Source of the DNA: an uncultured Gemmatimonadales bacterium
GTDB lineage: Bacteria; Gemmatimonadota; Gemmatimonadetes; Longimicrobiales; RSA9
Assembly (NCBI GenBank): GCA_963708135.1
Contig: OY970192.1
Coordinates: forward strand, 3,456,001-3,520,000
Direction: 5' to 3'
Length of the DNA: 64,000 nt
Positions 61,012 to 64,000 of the stretch are shown here, piece after piece. Position 1 is the stretch's first letter; each line of letters begins with the position of its first letter. The notes under the pieces are model-generated. The model did no database searches and had not been told where the DNA came from. It worked only from the letters and a program-made list of their open reading frames with translations. Made by a program: the position numbers and the translations under genes.

Positions 61012-61511
61012 TGCCCGTGGTGACTCAGCGTGTACTCGTACGCCGCCACCGCGTTCACCTCCTGGTCCGTCAGCTGCGCCCCGCCCATCGCGGGCATCGG
61101 TGCGGGATGTTGCTTCGGCTGCGGCACCCCGGTGTGCACCAGCTTCACCATCGACTCGTAGCTGCCGTCGATGTTGAGGTAGGTCTGGTCCGTCATGTCC
61201 GGCGCCAGCGTCGTGCCCTTCCCGTCCATCCCGTGGCAGGTGTAGCAGTTGCCCTTGCCATGGAAGATCTGCTGCCCCTGCGCCACCATCTGCCCCGTCA
61301 CGCCCTGGGGCAGGTTCGTCGTGTCGAGCGCCGCCGCGGCGGCCGGGGCCGCCGCCGTGGAGCCCGCCGGCGCCGCCGACGGCGACTCGGCCGGCGCGGC
61401 CGCGGTCGTATCGGCCGCGGTCTGCTGCTGGTTCTTGTCGCCGCCGCAGGCCGTCGCGAGTCCGGCGACGGTCACCACCGCAAACATCCGCATCCACTCC
61501 CTGCTCCGCAT
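61008..61511 (-). CDS. Monoheme cytochrome c lipoprotein
   Basis: LATAC lipobox, Ala/Pro linker, CYTCH heme motif, MPAMG, LTDQEVNAVAAY. Confidence 0.9.
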   Translation of the reverse strand: MRSREWMRMFAVVTVAGLATACGGDKNQQQTAADTTAAAPAESPSAAPAGSTAAAPAAAAALDTTNLPQGVTGQMVAQGQQIFHGKGNCYTCHGMDGKGTTLAPDMTDQTYLNIDGSYESMVKLVHTGVPQPKQHPAPMPAMGGAQLTDQEVNAVAAYEYTLSHHGQ

Positions 61512-61627
61512 GGGGCGTCCTCCTCAGGTCAAGGGCCTAGGCGCGAGCGGCCTCCGCCCGCGCGAGAGTACGCGTCCGGCCGCCCGGGGCCGGAGGGGCC
61601 AAAGGATAGATTTCGCCTCCCGGGCCG

Positions 61628-62485
61628 TCAAGCGGGGGCCGCCGGCTCGGGGGCGGGCGCGCCGCAGCCGATGCAGAAGCGCCAGTCGGGTTCCAGGATC
61701 TCGCCGCAGGCCGGACATGGCCGACGGGACTGGTCCGCTCCACAGAAGGGGCAGAAGCGGACGCGCCGGTCCGGCGGCAGCTCCTCGCGGCAGAAGGTAC
61801 AGGTTCCCGGCGCGGGCTGCGACGCGGCAGCGAGTGGCAACTCCCGTTCCAAGTTCTCGCCGGCGGCGGCGGCGGTCGAGGCGGCGCTGGCGTCCTCGGC
61901 GGCCGGGGCCGGGGCGGGCGGCGCATGCTCGGGCGCCGCGGGGCTCTCCGGCGGCAAATCGGGCTCCCATTCCTCGTGCGGCTGGTCCCCCGCGTTGGCC
62001 GCCGGGGCTGCGTCGAGTCGCGTTGCGGCGCTCGCAGCTTCCGGCGGCGGCTCCGGCTGGCCGGGGAGGTCGGTGTCGCGCGCGTAGAGCGCCTCCGCGG
62101 CGGCCTCGACCCAATCGGGGGTCCAGGAGGCGTCATCGGACTCCGGGGTCTCGGTGTCGCGCCCGGCCATCTCGACCAGGACATCGCAGGCGGCGTAGTC
62201 GCGGAACGCGGTGACGTCGGGATTGGGCGACCCGAGCTCACGGCTCAGGGTCTCGCGCACCTCGTCGGGCTCGAGGCGGGCGTAGCCGCCCTCGCCGGCG
62301 AGGAGGCGGAGCAGGGCGTGCTCGTAGTCGGCAATGAGCTCGACACCGATCTCGGCGCGGACGGCGCGGTATGGGATGAGCTCCTGGTAGATCTGCGCCA
62401 CGGTGATCGGTTGTCCAATGCGGTCGGGGCGGTCCCTGCGGATCGCATCCACCAGGCAGCGGTGGAGACGGGCGACGGTGTCCAT
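61628..62485 (-). CDS. Double zinc-ribbon domain protein
   Basis: C-terminal CTFC, CPFC, CPAC, CIGC; acidic Pro-rich linker. Confidence 0.8.
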   Translation of the reverse strand: MDTVARLHRCLVDAIRRDRPDRIGQPITVAQIYQELIPYRAVRAEIGVELIADYEHALLRLLAGEGGYARLEPDEVRETLSRELGSPNPDVTAFRDYAACDVLVEMAGRDTETPESDDASWTPDWVEAAAEALYARDTDLPGQPEPPPEAASAATRLDAAPAANAGDQPHEEWEPDLPPESPAAPEHAPPAPAPAAEDASAASTAAAAGENLERELPLAAASQPAPGTCTFCREELPPDRRVRFCPFCGADQSRRPCPACGEILEPDWRFCIGCGAPAPEPAAPA

Positions 62486-62526
62486 TCGGGCCCTCTCAGG
62501 CGTGTGAGTTCGTGTGATCGGGCGTC

Positions 62527-63513
62527 TCAGCCGGAGCCGAGAATGGCCTGTGCCTCGGGGGGCGCGCGGTGCAGCATCTCGTCCGCGCGCGGGTCGCCGG
62601 CGGCGCGCAGGGCGCGCACCAGGCCGATCCAGTTGAGCTTCTCGTCCGGCTGCATCTGCACGGCCTGCTGGAACTGCTCGCTGGCGAAGTCGGGCCGCTT
62701 CAGCGCCATGAAAAGGTAGCCGAGCTCGCGTCGCACATCCGGGTCCTGGGGCGCGTGCTGGACGGCCAGCCGGAGCGCATCCCGGGCGTCGGCGTAGCGG
62801 CCCTCGCGGCGGTAGATGCGAGCCAGGAACAGCAGGGCGACGACATTGCCCGGGTCGTCGTGGACCGCCTGGCGGAAGCCGGCCTCCGCCACCCCGAGCC
62901 GGCCCTGGCGGAACGCCGCCACGGCGTCGTCCAGGGTGCTGCCGCGGGTGGCGAAGTACGCGATGAGCGCGGCCGCCGCAAGCAGCGCGACCACCACGCC
63001 GGCAACGAGCAGGGTGCGGGACCTGCCGCGCCCGCGGAGACGCGCCGGCACCGCGTGCACCTCTTCCGCGTCAAGGTCGTGACCCTCCACGACGTTGTGC
63101 GCGGCGTCCTGCACCGGCCGATCGGCGCGGGCGCGGACCTCGGCGCGGAGCCGATCGACCGCGCGGTCCGCCGCATCGCCGTCCTCCGCGCGCACATCGC
63201 CGGTGCCGGCCCGGCGCGCGGCCTGCTCGGTCTGGTGCAGCAGTCCGGCCAGCTCGATGGAGATGAGGCCGCGCGAGCGCAGGACCTCGAGCACCCGCTC
63301 GAGCGGAAGCTCCTCGGGGGAGAAGGCGGACAGCCGCAGCTCGCCCGGCGCCTCGGGATCGGCCCGGAGCAGCAGACGCAACGAGCGCTGGAGAGCTTCC
63401 CACACGCTCTCCAGCGCCCGCGCCAGCTCGGTGCGGTCTCCGTAGACGGTCAGCTTGTGGATCGCGTCCTCGACCTCATCCAGAGGCGCGAGAACGCGAA
63501 CGGGGTCGATCAT
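62527..63513 (-). CDS. Membrane-anchored TPR protein
   Basis: Central TM; C-terminal TPR-like repeats (ALLFLARIYRREGRYADA, VRRELGYLF). Confidence 0.8.
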   Translation of the reverse strand: MIDPVRVLAPLDEVEDAIHKLTVYGDRTELARALESVWEALQRSLRLLLRADPEAPGELRLSAFSPEELPLERVLEVLRSRGLISIELAGLLHQTEQAARRAGTGDVRAEDGDAADRAVDRLRAEVRARADRPVQDAAHNVVEGHDLDAEEVHAVPARLRGRGRSRTLLVAGVVVALLAAAALIAYFATRGSTLDDAVAAFRQGRLGVAEAGFRQAVHDDPGNVVALLFLARIYRREGRYADARDALRLAVQHAPQDPDVRRELGYLFMALKRPDFASEQFQQAVQMQPDEKLNWIGLVRALRAAGDPRADEMLHRAPPEAQAILGSG

Positions 63514-63517
63514 GCCC

Positions 63518-64000
63518 TCAGCACTCGATCCTCAGCAGTCCCGCGCGCGCGCTCGCCCGCAGGAACGTCTCCGGGTCGTCCACGGGGATATCGGCTCCCG
63601 TACGCACGCGCTCGCGCTCGGCCTCCCGACGCATGAACTGTGCGATGGTGTCTCCCGCGGATCCGCGCGCATCCCGCAGCTGCCGCAGAATGTCCAGCCA
63701 GCTGCCCGCGTACACCCGGCCGTCGCTGGTCTGTACCCTGTGCAGCACGGCCGGAGCCGGCACCGGCTCCGCCACCACGCGCGCCTCGTCCGGGATCTCC
63801 ACCGCGGCCTCCAGCTCCGCCAGCAGATCATCGAGCGGGTCCGACTCCGCCTCGATCTCTTCCAGCCGCTTCTCCCAGACCGCCACTTCCGGCCCGCCGA
63901 GCTGCACCCCCTCGATCGCCCGCTTCAGCTCGAGCAGCCGCCAGATCGCCAACGTGTCCCAGTGCTCCGCCACCGGTACCGCCTCGAACTCCCGCAGCGC
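63518..64000 (-). CDS. Hypothetical protein, probably 5'-truncated by the window edge
   Basis: Frame open to position 64000; ends 4 nt before the TPR gene start. Confidence 0.6.
   Translation of the reverse strand, partial: ALREFEAVPVAEHWDTLAIWRLLELKRAIEGVQLGGPEVAVWEKRLEEIEAESDPLDDLLAELEAAVEIPDEARVVAEPVPAPAVLHRVQTSDGRVYAGSWLDILRQLRDARGSAGDTIAQFMRREAERERVRTGADIPVDDPETFLRASARAGLLRIEC

Overview
A very GC-rich (by eye above 70%) bacterial chromosomal window, densely coding and mostly housekeeping. Protein style and several hypothetical proteins suggest Gemmatimonadota (inference, not verified). Recognisable genes include fumC, a class A PBP, trxB, a YumC-type ferredoxin-NADP reductase, lysC-asd, mlaE/F/D, mqnA, rho, recF-dciA(DUF721)-gyrB (without dnaA/dnaN/gyrA), ssb, a DacZ-type diadenylate cyclase, dat, a Ca2+/H+ antiporter and scattered fatty-acid/CoA enzymes. 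No rRNA, tRNA, CRISPR array, integrase or transposase was seen. Three uncharacterised modules stand out. (1) 21852-23974: a small soluble protein with an octa-proline tail, a 7-TM membrane protein and a sensor-less single-TM histidine kinase, under a promoter overlapped by a Pho-box-like 11-bp direct repeat; this is a candidate split-receptor peptide signalling system. (2) 8969-11793: a soluble histidine kinase sandwiched between two paralogous uncharacterised proteins. (3) 51598-53562: a dif-like XerC/D site in the leader of a ribbon-helix-helix microprotein, flanked by two proteins sharing an unknown helical domain. Many genes look leaderless (TAnnnT 6-7 nt before the start codon). All functional calls come from motif recognition by eye, with no database search.
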